Positions 14,326-27,810 of a DNA stretch of 64,000 nt are shown here, piece by piece. The notes beneath the pieces are model-generated. The model saw only the letters and a list, made by a program, of their open reading frames with translations, was not told the DNA's origin and searched no databases. Source of the stretch: the human T2T-CHM13v2.0 reference genome, Homo sapiens. The stretch lies in assembly GCF_009914755.1 (NCBI RefSeq), contig NC_060947.1. One strand, written 5' to 3'. The position numbers and the translations under genes were made by a program. Positions within the stretch are counted from its first letter, which is position 1. Every line of letters starts with the position of its first letter.

Positions 14326-14803
14326 CACATGCACACATAAGTTTATTGCAGCACTATTCATAATAGCAAAGACTTGGAACCAACCCAAATGTCCAACAAT
14401 GACAGACTGGATTAAGAAAATGTGGCACATATACACCATGGAATACTATGCAGCCATAAAAAACGATGAGTTCATGTCCTTTGTAGGGACATGGATGAAG
14501 CTGGAAACCATCATTCTCAGCAAACTATCGCAAGGACAAAAAACCAAACACCACATGTTCTCACTCATAGGTGGGAACGGAACAATGAGAACACATGGAC
14601 ACAGGAAGGGGAACATCACACACCAGGGACTGTTGTGGGGTGGGGGAAGGGGGGAGGGATAGCATTAGGAGATATACCTAATGCTAAATGACGAGTTAAT
14701 GGGTGCAGCACACCAACATGGCACATGTGTACATATGTAACAAACCTGCACATTGTGCACATGTACCCTAAAACTTAAAGTATAATAATAAAATTTAAAA
14801 AAA
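14326..14803 (+). mobile_element. 5'-truncated L1PA (L1PA4-like) 3' end nested in the L1PB ORF2
   Basis: WIKKMWHIYTMEYYAAIK ORF2 tail; 3'UTR aatgctaaatgacgagttaatgggtgcagcacaccaacatgg; G-rich tract; A tail. Confidence 0.9.
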
Positions 14804-17697
14804 GAATATGTAAAATTTTAAATTTAAAGATCAAATAATGAACAATTATTGTATTCATGTAATTTTGTCCTTAAATATATCAGTTGGCTAATTAAAAAAA
14901 AAAAACTACCAACAAAAAAAAAAAGCCCAGGACCAGACGGATTCACAGCAGAATTCTACCAGACATTCAAAGAAGAATTGGTACCAATCCTCTTGACACT
15001 ATTCCACAAGACAGAGAAAGAAGGAACCCTCCCTAATTCATTCTATGAAGCTAGCATCACCCTAATACCAAAACCAGGAAAGGACATAACCAAAAAGAAA
15101 ACTACAGACCGATATCCTTGATCAACATAGATGGTAAAATCCTTAACAAAATAGTAGCTAACCAAATCCAACAACATATCAAAAAGATAAATATCAGGGA
15201 TGCAGGGATGGTTTAACACACGCAAATCAATAATGTGATACACCACATAAACAGAATTAAAAACAAAAATCACATGATCATTTCAATAGATGCAGAAAAA
15301 GCGTTAGACAAAATCCAGCATCACTTTATGATTAAAACTCTCAGCAAAACCCACATACAAGGGACATACCTTAATGTAATAAAAGCCATCTATGACAAGC
15401 CCACAGCCAACATAATACTGAATGGGGAAAAGTTGAAAGCATTCCCTCTGAGAAATGGAAAAACACAAGGATGCCCACTCTCACCACTCCTCTTTAACAT
15501 AGTACTGGAAGTCCTAGCCAGAGCAATCAGACAAGATAAAGAAATAAAGGGCATCCAAATCAGTAAAGAGGAAGTCAAACTGGCACTGTTTGCTGACAAT
15601 ATGATCATTTATCTTGAAAACCCTAAAGACTCCTCTAGAAAGCTCTTAGAACTAATAAAAGAATTCAGCAAAGTCTCCGGATACAAGATTAATGTACACA
15701 ATCAGTAGCTCTTCTGTACACTAACAGTGACCAAGTGGAGAATCCAATCAAGAAATCAATCCATTTCACAATAGCTGCAAAAAAAAAAAAAATACTCAGT
15801 AATATACCTAACAAAGGAGTTGAAAGACCTCTACAAGGAAAACTACAAAACACTGCTGAAAGAAATCATAGATGACACAAACAAATGGAAACACATCCCA
15901 CGCTCGTGGATGGGTAGGATCAATATTGTGAAAATGACCATACTGCCAAAAGCAATCTACAAATTCAATGGAATCCCCATCAGAATACCACCATCATTCT
16001 TCACAGAATTAGAAAAAAAAATTCTAAAATGCATATGGAATCATAAAAGAGCCCACATAGCCAAAGCAAGACTAAACAAAAAGAACAAATCTAGAGGCAT
16101 CACACTACTGATTTCAAACTATACTATAAGGCCATAGTCACCAAAACAGCATGTGACTGGCATAAAAAAAAAAAAGGCACATAGACCAATGGAACAGAAT
16201 AGAGAATGCAGAAATAAACCCAAATACTTACAGCCAGTTGACCTTTGACAAAGCAAACAAAAATATAAAGTGGGGAAAGGATACCCTTTTCAACAAATGG
16301 TGCTGAGATAATTGGCTAGCCCCATGTAGGAGAATGAAACTGGATCCTCATCTCTCACTTTATACAAATTTAACTCAAGGTGAATTAAGGACTTAAACCT
16401 AAGACCTGAAACTATAAAAATTCTAGAAGATAACATTGGAAAAACCCTTCTAGACATTGGCTTAGGCAAGGATTTCATGACCAAGAACCCAAAGCAAATG
16501 CAATAAAAACAAAGATAAATATCTGGGACCTAATTAAACTAAAGAGCTTTTGCATGGCAAAAGGAACAGTCAGCAGAGTAAACATACAACCCACAGAGTG
16601 GGAGAAAATCTTCACAATCTATACACCTGACAGAGGACTAATATCCAGAATCTACAATGAACACAAACAAATCAGTAAGAAAAAATCAAATAGTCCCATC
16701 ACAAAGTGGGCTACGGACATGAATACAGAATTCTGAAAAGAAGATATATAAATGGTCAACAAACATATGAAAAAATGCTCAACATCACTAATGATCAGGG
16801 AAATGCAAATCAAAACTACAATATGATGCCACCTTACTCCTTCAAGAATGGCCATAAAAAAAAAAATCCCATAACAGTAGACGTTGGCATGGATGCAACA
16901 ATCACGGAACACTTCTACGTTGCTGGGGGGAATGTAAACTAGTACAACCACTATGGAAAACAGTGTGGAGATTCCTTAAAGAACTAAAAGTAGAACTACC
17001 ATTTGATTCAGCAATGCCTCTACTGGGTATCTACCTAGCAGAAAAGAAGTCATTATTTGAAAAAGATACTTGCACACGCATGTTTATAGCAGCACAATTC
17101 ACAATTGCAAAATCATGGAACCAGCCCAAATGCCCATCAATCAATGAGTGGATTAAAAAACTGTGGTGTATATACATGGTGGAATACTATGCAGCCATAA
17201 AAAGGAATGCATTAACAGCATTTGCAGTGACCTGGATGAGACTGGAGACTATTATTCTAAGTGAAGGAACTCAGGAATGGAAAATCAAACATCCTATGTT
17301 CTCACTGATATGTGGGAGCTAAGCTATGAGGACGCTGCAAAGGCATAAGAATGATACAATGGACTTCGGGGACGTAGGGGGAAGAGTGGGAGGGGTAAAA
17401 GACAACAAATATGGTGTAGCGTATACAGCTCAGGTGATGGGTGCCCCAAACTCTCACAAATCACCACTAAAGAACTTATTCATGTAACCAGATACCTCCT
17501 GAATCCCAATAACTTCTGGAAAAATAAAATTAAAAAAATAAAAATAATAAATTCTTGATTATATGTTTTGCTAGAGAAACAGGAAGGCTTTGGTCTTTTG
17601 ATGACAGAGAGAAGCTTAGGGAATTTGGAAAAATATTAAGGGGGAAGAAGCTTGTAGCTCCCAAGATAGATAAGCTAATTATTTCTCTCTCTTTCTT

Positions 17698-17742
17698 TCT
17701 CCCTCCTTTCTTCTAACATCTCCCTCCTTTCTTCTAACATCT
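17698..17742. repeat. 21-bp tandem duplication (tctccctcctttcttctaaca) x2
   Basis: Seen directly. Confidence 0.85.
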
Positions 17743-19659
17743 TCGATTTTTTTTTTTTCAAAACTTGAAGAAACTTTGATAACAATTTGCCCTAGGTCCC
17801 TCCTTAACTGATTGGGAAACTGAGGACAACAGCGTTTAAGTTGCTTGCCCAAATCATACAACTAGATCCTTGGCTGCTAACTTTTCAAAAGGCCTTCATA
17901 AAATTTCACAGCAGAGACTACTAACGCCGGGGTTGGAGATGCCTGTGAAGGGAGCATCAAGAACATCTGGTGATGAAGAGAGAACTGGACTGGAAGGAAG
18001 GGCATACGTGGGCACTTCTCTGGATGAGTCTGTGTGAAGAGAGTTTTTTTTTAATGTGAGTTTTATTCATGATAAATGATAAAAAGTAGGAAAACAAAGC
18101 ACTCATGTTTAGTGTCTTGAACATTGTGTATTGTTCTTTTTGGATTGGAAAAAATTTAATTCAGGACTATATGAACTTAGTTGGTACAGTTTCTCCAGGG
18201 TAGTTTTACTGACACGTAAGTCACAGACTGATATTTCAGATCCTTGCCAGGTATCCTAGCTATGTAGACATATACAAACTGAATTTTGGTATATGGCTAC
18301 ATTTAGCCACACTGATATGGGCTTCATCAGTTAAATATCTTTATAGCAGGCTCTCACCTTTATCCCTTCACTTGTCTACCTAACCTCGATATTCTTGTTA
18401 TTGGGGAAGGGTTTGGGGAGATGAGAAGCTGGCATCCTTGAAGTGAGACTCCCAGTGAAAGCCAAATGCATGCAAAAGGGACATTCCCAGAGTGATGGAA
18501 CCACACAGTGGGTGGACAGAAGGTTGGGAAACAGGCCAGATAAGACAATGTTTTGGTTTAAGGCTACACTGATAAGGGAAGGATGAAGCATGGTTTCCAG
18601 GTGGCGTGTTTCTCTCTTTTAATGTTGTTTACAGAGGATGTCTGTCCAAGAGAGGTGAGTTTTGGAAGAAGCAGCCTCGTGTTATATACTTTGGTTGGTA
18701 TTTTGCAGATCACAATAATCTAATTGATAGATTTATACCACATGTATTTGTGCATACACACACATGTATATGTCACTGTTGTAGAGTTTTGCCAGATAAT
18801 TACAGGAATTATTTCGGTTCTAGAACTTTATAGGGGCATGATAACTGCAGTCTGAGCACTCAAGAGTGGAGCACTCTTCCACTCTTTGGGAAGCTGCTGA
18901 TGACAAAGCAAAAACACCTCACTCTGTACCCCAGGACTCCAGGGGCTGCATTAGGATAGGGTAACCATGTCAGATGACCTGAAGAAGGATCAAAAAATTG
19001 GCCAATTATTTGACTAGGACATTTTTGGAGGGCACTCTACCTTGCAGCTTATCAAGGATGTATAATTCTATGTAATGAATCATGTACCTACTAGCAGGCA
19101 GAACTTCTAGGAATTCCCATGATTTATATAAAAGACTATTGACACTTCCAAGCTGTGATCTACCCAAGCACTTGGCCCACTCCCTCAAGGACTTTGGGCT
19201 GTGAGAGAGACCCACACATCCTCAGGTCCTGGTCTCCCAGCCTCGAGAGATTCTACCCAAACACCAACCTACAACCATTTTGTACATTCATTGCCAGATG
19301 TCTGATGTCCTTAAAAGTACATAATTTTCAGCTTTTGTGGCTGAATCCTTAAATGGGCTCTTAATCTCCACAGTCCTTGAATTGTGACAAGCTTTCAAAG
19401 GAAGAGATCTCCACATCAAGGGTTTGAGCACAGTTTGAAAGGAGTGCTTAGTTGCAGCCATTAGTCCACCAGCAGGAAACTAGCAGGCTGTCATCACATG
19501 CAGCCCCACATTAGCAGCAAATGTAGGTTCTCAAGGGGAACACTAGGAAGACATTATTCTACACAGGGCCTGGGATTACTGCCTGTGTTGTAATGCAAAA
19601 TAGAACCTGTGAAATGAACAATGCATGGGTCTTAAATCTCTTTCTTAAAAAAGAATCTC

Positions 19660-19919
19660 TATCGCAAGAACAAAAAACCAAACACCACATATTCTCACTC
19701 ATAGGTGGGAATTGAACAATGAGAACACATGGACACAGGAAGGGGAACATCACACTCTGGGGACTGTTGTGGGGTGGGGGGAGGGGGGAGGGATAGCATT
19801 GGGAGATATACCTAATGCTAGATGACGAGTTAGTGGGTGCAGCGCACCAGCATGGCACATGTATACATATGTAACTAACCTGCACATTGTGCACATGTAC
19901 CCTAAAACTTAAAGTATAA

Positions 19920-19952
<33 letters not shown>
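19660..19952 (+). mobile_element. 5'-truncated young L1 (L1PA2-like) with (AAAT)n tail
   Basis: gctagatgacgagttagtgggtgcagcgcaccagcatgg...aactaacctgcacattgtg; TSD AAGAATCTC at 19651-19659 and 19953-19961. Confidence 0.9.
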
Positions 19953-19954
<2 letters not shown>

Positions 19955-21247
19955 GAATCTCAAAAAATAGATGGGAATGGAGGCCTTTGCTTTTCTCAGT
20001 TGTATCACCATTGTTGCCAAGGTTTTCTTCTCTGCCATTACCATCTCATGGTTGTTCTAAGTTCCCACCTTTGGTCGAGTGATTCCCTGATACTTGGTGA
20101 AAACCAAAACACAATTATGAAAGCAGTGCCCTTCTACTGATTGGCTGGAGGCATCCTTTCCATTGAGTTGGACTTCTTATTTTACTTTGTTCCCATTTGT
20201 CACCTCATCTCTGTTGATTCTGCCTTCTAAATTAATTCTTCTGCCATATGACTTAAGTCTCCTACTGCTAACTCCTCTCTTTACTTAACCTCATCTATTT
20301 GAATTCCCTAGTGTCAGTTATTGCTTGGGGAACAAAGGAAATGGAATGGCTTCTTATATTTATTTCATTTTTTTTCTCCCGTGGGAGACTTCTGAGAGGG
20401 AGCTTTGGCCTATTCAGAAGTATACAGTATTCACAGACGTGTACGAGGTCTGCCCCCTGACATTTAATCTTTAAAATTATTCCTCGTAGCCAACTCTAGT
20501 CAACTCTGGAAATTTCTTTATATTTAAAATGAGGCTAACTCATTCTTGGGATCTGGTGTTTCCAGATGTTCAAGTGTTGCTATTCTTCGATTGACTCAGT
20601 CTCTGCCATTGAAGTTTCAGCAGGAGCTGACATTGCTTTCCCATGCCTTCTCATAACTCATTACAGTCTTGGGAAAGTCACTCCTGGAACATCCCCAAAG
20701 TCTGGAGCGCTGGAATCTGAAAAGGTACACAGCAGCAGCCATCCACCTGCACTCCAACCTTCCATGTTATCAGATCTGTCGTCGTGTTGAAAAGTCGTAT
20801 TGTGATATGGAGCTCAACTGTTGTCCTCATCTTGTACAAAGAGGGAGAGAGGCCTGAGGAGCCTTGGGTTATAGTTTCCAGTGACCAGCTCTGTGAGCTT
20901 GAACAAACAGCTTTTCTCTGTCTCTCAGTCTGTAAAATGAAGTGGTTTGATGTTTGATCAAATTCTATACAGTTTGGAATTATTCTTTCTCTTAAATTTC
21001 TGCATGGAATTTATTTTCCTCGCTTATAAAATAGATTGCATTTCCAAACTGTAGTCCTCACTGTATTATTTCCCAGTCTTTTTCCTATTATCCTAATTGT
21101 CTTACTTTTTGGGTACGATAGCTTCCCATTTAACTTGTTAAAACCTTTTTATTTTTATCTATGATTTATTAATGTATCACTTTTTGTATAGAACATTCAA
21201 AATATTTTTAGTAAACTAAAATTTCCTTTAGTTATATTATGTTAGTG

Positions 21248-21600
21248 AATTTTTGTTGAAATGTAACATATACGCAGAAAAGTAATAATAAGCATAGGGT
21301 TGAATTGCCACCAAGTAAATCCCACTTAATTATAACCCAGATCAAGAAACAATTTAACAAGCTTCCCAGAATCCCCCTCCATGCCCCATTCCATTTACTC
21401 ACCTCCCCCTCAAGAGTGACCACTCTGCAGACTTCTAACACTATATATTTGCATCACCTGTATCTAAACTTTAAATAAGTGGAATCATATTGTATATATT
21501 GTTTGCGGTTTGGCTTCTTTCAAATTATGTTTTGAGATTCACATATGTTATTGTGGAGGAACTATAATTTCTTATTCTCATTGCTGTAGAGCAGTTTAAC
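21248..21600 (-). mobile_element. Old L1ME-type 3' fragment
   Basis: ttttgttgaaatgtaacatatac...acccagatcaagaaac...gtggaatcatattgtat...gagattcacatatgtt. Confidence 0.65.
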
Positions 21601-21869
21601 TTTTCAAATGATTTTTTTAAACTAGCATAGGAATTTCCGTTCTGTCTTCTTAGACCAAATAAATGCTGATGATGTCTCTGTGGAGAAAGAGTTTATATGC
21701 TAGAAAGTATCACAACAGAATGATATAAGATGTTTTAACCTCTTTCCACCTGTGACCATGGTAACTACTGGAAATGCTGGAGAGTGTGGCGCTCAAAAGA
21801 AGCTACCAGACTGTTTTGTGGATATTTCAGAGGATCCCAGAATGTCCTCATAAATTAAGGAAAAGTAGA

Positions 21870-21944
21870 CCTTAATCCATTTCACTGATCAAAGTACCTG
21901 ATCCAAAAATCAGGCCTTAATCCATTTCACTGATCAAAGTACCT
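21870..21944. repeat. Perfect 30-bp direct repeat separated by a 15-bp spacer
   Basis: ccttaatccatttcactgatcaaagtacct at 21870-21899 and 21915-21944. Confidence 0.95.
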
Positions 21945-23054
21945 ACAACATATAAGCTCCATTACGTATTTTGTTATCAATGTTACTTTGGAAATAGACA
22001 GATATGAAAGCACATAATCAACAAACTATGATCAATAGATCAAATAACTCCTGGGGCTCCAGGGTGGGGACAGGAACACAAGGAAGAAGAAGTAACAATG
22101 TAGTAGTTGGCTCCTCCAGATGAAAAAAGTCTAATAAGCAAAGAGCAAGGCTGGGCTTAGTGTATGCACTCAGGACATTCTGAGTTCAAGTTTGAACTTG
22201 TGTACCATTGGCCATGCCTTTGAAAAGCCAGTTGATTGATGCTTCTAAGCAAAGAGTTTTCAATACAATCAAACATTGCTACTTATCAAGATTATATATT
22301 CTAGTGATAGATTTGATGCCCTACCAAGATGGGAATTATTCATGTGAAAAGTCTGAAAGCTCATAGTAGGAGTATAATCTCAAGCTAATTATCCAAAATG
22401 CCCAATTTCTCCTATACTTCTTTACAAAGATTTGCCCTAGATTCTTTCATGCTTTTTTACCTTTCTCCTGAGGGACAATTAGTTGTTAATTTCTTCCTTT
22501 AGTATCTTTTAGCAATCTCCAAAGTGAACCAAAAAGTCAGATTCACTCCCTTTAGATAAAAGATCTTGGACATTTTCTCTTCTTTCTTGGCTGTGGGCAA
22601 AGATTTTTTTTCTTTTACTCATTTCCTTGTATCCATCAGGAGTTAGGATGAAGGCAGCATATTTATTTGATGTAGAGTAAGTGGATAACTCAGAATCCTT
22701 TTAAAATGCTATCCATTTAAAAGGTCAGTAGTCCCATGTCCTTTGAGGTTTATCTGTCTGGCACTTGGGTGAGGGGGACAGTAAATAAATCTGTTGAGGC
22801 TGATGTGAGTTGGGGCCATCTGTGCCGTAGACAAGTGAATGCTGCAGACTTAGAAAAGGTTTCAACAAACTGATTTTAAATGATTTTTTTTTTTTTTTTT
22901 TTTTTTTTACTGGAAACATGACGTGGATTTGATACTCTACAATAGGGCACTCCCTGAGAGTTGTGAAGTAGGATATGGGGGAATGATTGATTTATTTGGT
23001 AAATAAAAAGTGGGACAAAGGAGAGGAGACTAGGATTCTTAAAGTTCAGTTTAA

Positions 23055-26000
23055 CAAAGTCAGAAACAAAAAAAAGGAAATATAAATGATACCACAGAAA
23101 TACAAAAGATCATCAGAGAATATTAGGAATGACTATACACTAACAAACTGGAAAACCTAGGGGAAAAGGATAAATTCCTGGACACATACAACCTATAAAG
23201 ACTGAATCAGGAAGAACTAGAAAACCTGAACAGATCAATAATCAATAATAATCAGTAACAAGATTGAATGAGTAATAAAAAGTCTCCTAACAAAATAATG
23301 CCCAGGACCAGATGGCTTCACTGCTGAATTCTACCAAGCTTATAGAGAAGAACCAACACCAATTCTTCTCCAACTATTCCAAAAAATTGAATAGAATTCT
23401 CCCCAACTCATTGCTCATGGCCAGCATTAACCCGATACCAAAACCAAACAAGAACATGACATAAAAAGAAAACCACAGGCCAATATTCCTGATGAAAACA
23501 GAGGCAAAAATACTCAACGAACTACCGCAAATTGAAATCAATAGCACATCAAAAAGATAATACAAGCTGGCCATGGTGGCTCATGCCTGTAATCCAAGCT
23601 GGGGTGAGAGGATCGCTTGAGGCCAAGACTTCAAGACCAGCCTAGGCAACATAGTGAGACTCTGTCTTTACAAAACAAAATTTTAAAAAATTTTGGTACA
23701 CACCTATAGTCCTAGCTACTCAGGAGGTTGAGGTGGGAGGATTGCTTAAGCCCAGGATTTCAAGGTTACAGTGAACTATGATCATGCCACTGCACTCTAA
23801 CCTGGGCAAAAGAGCAAGATCCTGTCTCTAAAAAAATTAAAATAATAAAATTAACTAAAAGATAATGTAACAGGATCAAGTGAGATTGCATCCCATACAA
23901 GGGTAGTTCAGTATACATAAACCAAGAAACACAATACATCACATCAGGAGAATGAAGCCAAAAACCATATCATCTCATAGATGCAGAAAAAGCATTTGAT
24001 AAAATCAACACTGCCTCATGATAAAAAAAAAAAACTCTCAACAAACTATGCAAAGAAGGAAAATATCTCAACATAATAAAGGTCATATATGACAGTCTCA
24101 CAGCTAACATCACACTGAATGAGGGAAAGCTAAAAGCCTTTCCTCTAAGAACTGGAATAAGACAAGGATGCCCACTCTCACCATTCATATTCAACATAGT
24201 ACTGGGAGTTGTAGCCAGGGCAATCAGGCAAGAGAAAGAAAGAAAAAGAAAACTACATCCAAATTGGAAAAGAGGAAGTCCAATTGTTCCTCTTTGCAAA
24301 TGACATGATCTTACATTTAGAAGAACATGATGACTCCACCAAAACACTCTTAGATCTTATAAGCAAATTCAGTAAAGCTGCAGAATACAAAATCAATATG
24401 AAAAAATTAGTAGCATTTCTATACACCAGTAATGAAATAGCTGAAAAAAACAAGAAGACAATCTCATCTGCAACGGCCAAAAAAAAAAAAAAACGCCTAG
24501 GAATAAATTTAACCAAGGGGGGTGAAAGACCTCTACAAGGAAAATGACAAAGCACTGATGAAAGATATTGAAGAGGACACAAATGGAAAGACATCCCATG
24601 CTCACATATTAGAATAATTAATATTGTTAAAATGACTATACTACCCAAAGCAATCTACAGAGTCAATGCAATCACCATCAAAATACCAACATCATTTTTC
24701 ACAGAAAATAAAAAACAATACTAAAATTTATGTGGAACCCAAAAAGTGCCTGAATACCAAAGCACTCTTGAGCAAAAGGAACGATGCTGGAGGCATCACA
24801 CTACTTGGCTTCAAAATGTATTACAAGGCTACCGTAACCAACACAGCATGGTACTAGTATAAAATAGGCACACATGGACCAATAGAACAGAATAGAGAAC
24901 CCCGAAATAAATCCACGTATTTGCAGCCAACTGATTTTTGACAAAGGCACCGAGAACATACATGGGGAATGGATACCCTCGTTAATAAATGGTGCTGGGA
25001 AAACTGGATGTCTATATGCAGAAGAATGAAACTAGACCCCTATCTCTCACCATACACACACAAGAAGACCCCTCAAAATTGATTAAAAAGCTTAATATAA
25101 GACATGAAACTATAAAACTACTGGAAGAAAATGTAAGGGAAACACTACAGGACATTGGTCTAGGCAAAGATTTTATGGCTAAATCTCAAAAGCACAGGCA
25201 ACGAAAACAAAAATGGACAAATGGGATATTAAACTAAAAAGCTCCTGCACAGCAAGGGAAACAGAGTGAAAAGACAACCTGTGGAATGGGAGAAAATATT
25301 TTCAAACTATTCATCTGACAAAGGAGTAATATCCAGAATATACAAGAAGCTCAAACAACTCAATAGCAAAAAAGTAATAAACCCATTAAAACATGGGCAA
25401 AGGATATAGACATTTCTTAAAAGATGACATGCAAATGGCCAACAGGCATGTGAAAAATGCTCAATATCACTAATCATCAGGAAAATGCAAATCAAAACCA
25501 TAATGAGATATCATTTCATGCCAGTTAGAGTGGCTATTATTAAAAAGACAAAAAATAATAGATGCTGGCAAGGATTCAGAGAAAAAGGAACTCTTATGAT
25601 ACACTATTGGTGGGAATGTAAATTAGTACAGCCATTATGGAAAACAATATGAAGATTTCATAAAAAACTAAAAATAGAACTACCCATATGATCCGGCAAT
25701 CCTACTACTAGGTATGCATCCAAAGGAAAGGAAATCAGTATGTTAAAGGGATACCTGCAACCCCATGTTTACTGCAGCACTATTTACAATAGCAAAGCCG
25801 TGGAATCAACCTGAGTGACAATCAACAGATTAATGGGGATAAAGAAAATGTGGTATATATACACAATGGAATACTACTTGGCCATAAAAAACAAAATCTT
25901 GTCTTTTGCAGCAACATGGATAGAACTGGAGGTCATTATGTTTAGTGAAATCAGCCAGCCAGAACATATGTTCTCATATGTTCTCACTCATGTGTGGGAA

Positions 26001-26355
26001 GTATAGAAGTTGATCTCATCGAGGTGGAGAGTGGAATGATAGATATCTGAGGCTGGCAAGGGTGTGTATGCATAGAGAATGAAGAAAAGTTGGCTAATGT
26101 GTACAAACATTCAGTTAGATAGAAGGAATAAGTTCTAATGTTTGATAGCAGAGTTGGGTGACTACAGTTAACATCAATGTATTGTATGTTTCAAAACAGC
26201 TAGAAGAGAGGACTTGAAATGTTCCAACACATATAAATAGTAAATACTCAAGGTGATAGATACCCCAAATACCCTGACTTTATCATTGCGCATTCTATGC
26301 ATGTAACAAAAAACCTTATACACCCTATAAAATGTACCAATATTATATATCAATA
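23055..26355 (+). mobile_element. 5'-truncated L1MA4-like LINE-1 (ORF2 RT to 3'UTR)
   Basis: RT remnant LFANDMIL; L1MA 3'UTR ctcaaggtgatagataccccaaataccctgac; degenerate TSD aaagttcagtttaa (23041-23054) and aaaattcagcttaa (26356-26369). Confidence 0.88.
23566..23856 (+). mobile_element. AluJ element nested in the L1MA
   Basis: gaggatcgcttgaggcc...gactctgtctttaca...gtgaactatgatcatgcc (J-type); TSD aaaagataatacaa (23552-23565) and aaaagataatgtaa (23857-23870). Confidence 0.9.
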
Positions 26356-26544
26356 AAAATTCAGCTTAAGGTCTAGATTGCAATAAAATCCTGTGTTTTT
26401 GATTATTAGAAATCATCATCTACTTCCCCTTCCAATTTCCCCTATTTCCTTTAACATTAGTTTATTCTTTCATTTTATTTACAACTTTTGAGATTTTAAA
26501 AAGGCACCAGGCAGTATTTACTACTATTATTACTACTCTTAATA

Positions 26545-26760
26545 CTACTAACTAACAAATGTGTAATGAATGCTTACTATATGTCAGGCATAGTGTCAGT
26601 TGCTTCACATATGTTATTTATATAATCCTGTCAATAATCCGATGAGATAGATATTATGTCCAATTTACAGATGAAGAAACTGAGGTTCAGAGTTGTTAAG
26701 CAACTTGCCCAATACAATCCCACTAGTAAATGCTAGAGATAGCATTCAAACCCGAGCAAT
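26545..26760 (-). mobile_element. MIR SINE
   Basis: tttacagatgaagaaactgaggttcagagttgttaagcaacttgccca core. Confidence 0.85.
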
Positions 26761-26774
26761 CTTACAACAGAACA

Positions 26775-26809
26775 AATGGCAAAAACTGCAGTTACTTTGC
26801 ACCAACTTA
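26775..26809. mobile_element. One arm of a MADE1 (Hsmar1-derived MITE)
   Basis: aatggcaaaaactgcagttactttgcaccaactta resembles the MADE1 right arm (aatggcaaaaaccgcaattacttttgcaccaacctaa, recalled). Confidence 0.65.
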
Positions 26810-27624
26810 CCGTTATTACCAACCTTTCCCTATTTCCTAAGTGCAACTTCTGAGGATTATTTTCAAGTGAATACACATTTAATTCTTTTTCTTAATTTTC
26901 AGCCTCAAATACACTTCTATGGATTCCATTTATTCATTGCTTTATGTGTCACTGTAAAACCACATCCTAGTTAAATCCCACATCTACCTAAATGTAGATT
27001 CCAAGAATCTAAGGAATACCATTATGTGTAAAGCCCCCGAGGATATTAAAAAGAAGAAATAATTCTGTCCTCTGTTGATCAAGGAGTTATGATATGTACA
27101 CCAAATAACTTCAAAGTCAATGTGTTAAGTTCAAAAAGATGTTACAGATAAAAATTATGGGAATTTAGATGGAAGCAGCATTTGGGTCGAAAATTAAGAG
27201 TAAGCAGGAATTTGACATAAAAAGAAACAGAGTTCACTCCATTACACATGGAGGCATAGTTACCAGGAAGAAAAGGACATATTTGCAGTGCTGGCTGCAA
27301 TAAATTTATCTGATTGGGATATGGGCTGTGTCAGTGGCATACTTGAGCTATACCTGCACTGAAACTCACCGCTCTTTCTCCACCCCAACGTTCCTTTCAA
27401 TTAACATCTCTACTAAAATGAAACTCATATATAATAATAACAAACTGGGGTCTTTTTTGTCATAGTAGGATTCTGGCTTTTTTATATCTATATGATAAAA
27501 GGACTTACATATGGTTAGCATATCTATTTTTCTGAAGCAAGTATATGAATATACTTTAGAAGAATTTTTAGCAGGATTTAAAAAAAATGGTTTAGTTTAA
27601 CTTTTGGCTAATCATATTCAATGT

Positions 27625-27810
27625 ACTGTATTGGAAAGATGATGGACTTTTCAGTTAGAAGATCTGAGTTTTTATCAGTTTCTGGTCGTACAATCTTAGG
27701 CAAACACTGAGCCTCTAGGCCCCAGCTTTGTCATTTGTGAAACTGGGATAATAGTAATGCTTGGCTTGCCTTCATAGGTAGTTGTGAGGACCAAATAAAT
27801 AATACATGGA
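27625..27810 (+). mobile_element. MIR SINE
   Basis: cttaggcaaac...cccagctttgtcatttgtgaaactgggataatagtaat...gttgtgagga. Confidence 0.7.

Noticed and set aside
20556-20857. Possible exon (tttccag acceptor-like site followed by short ORFs)
   Set aside because: Splice-like motifs alone are not enough. A lncRNA exon cannot be excluded without transcript data.
21870-21944. Repeat-spacer-repeat as a mini CRISPR array (also considered for 36448-36570)
   Set aside because: Only two repeats, short spacers, no cas genes, and primate genomic context.
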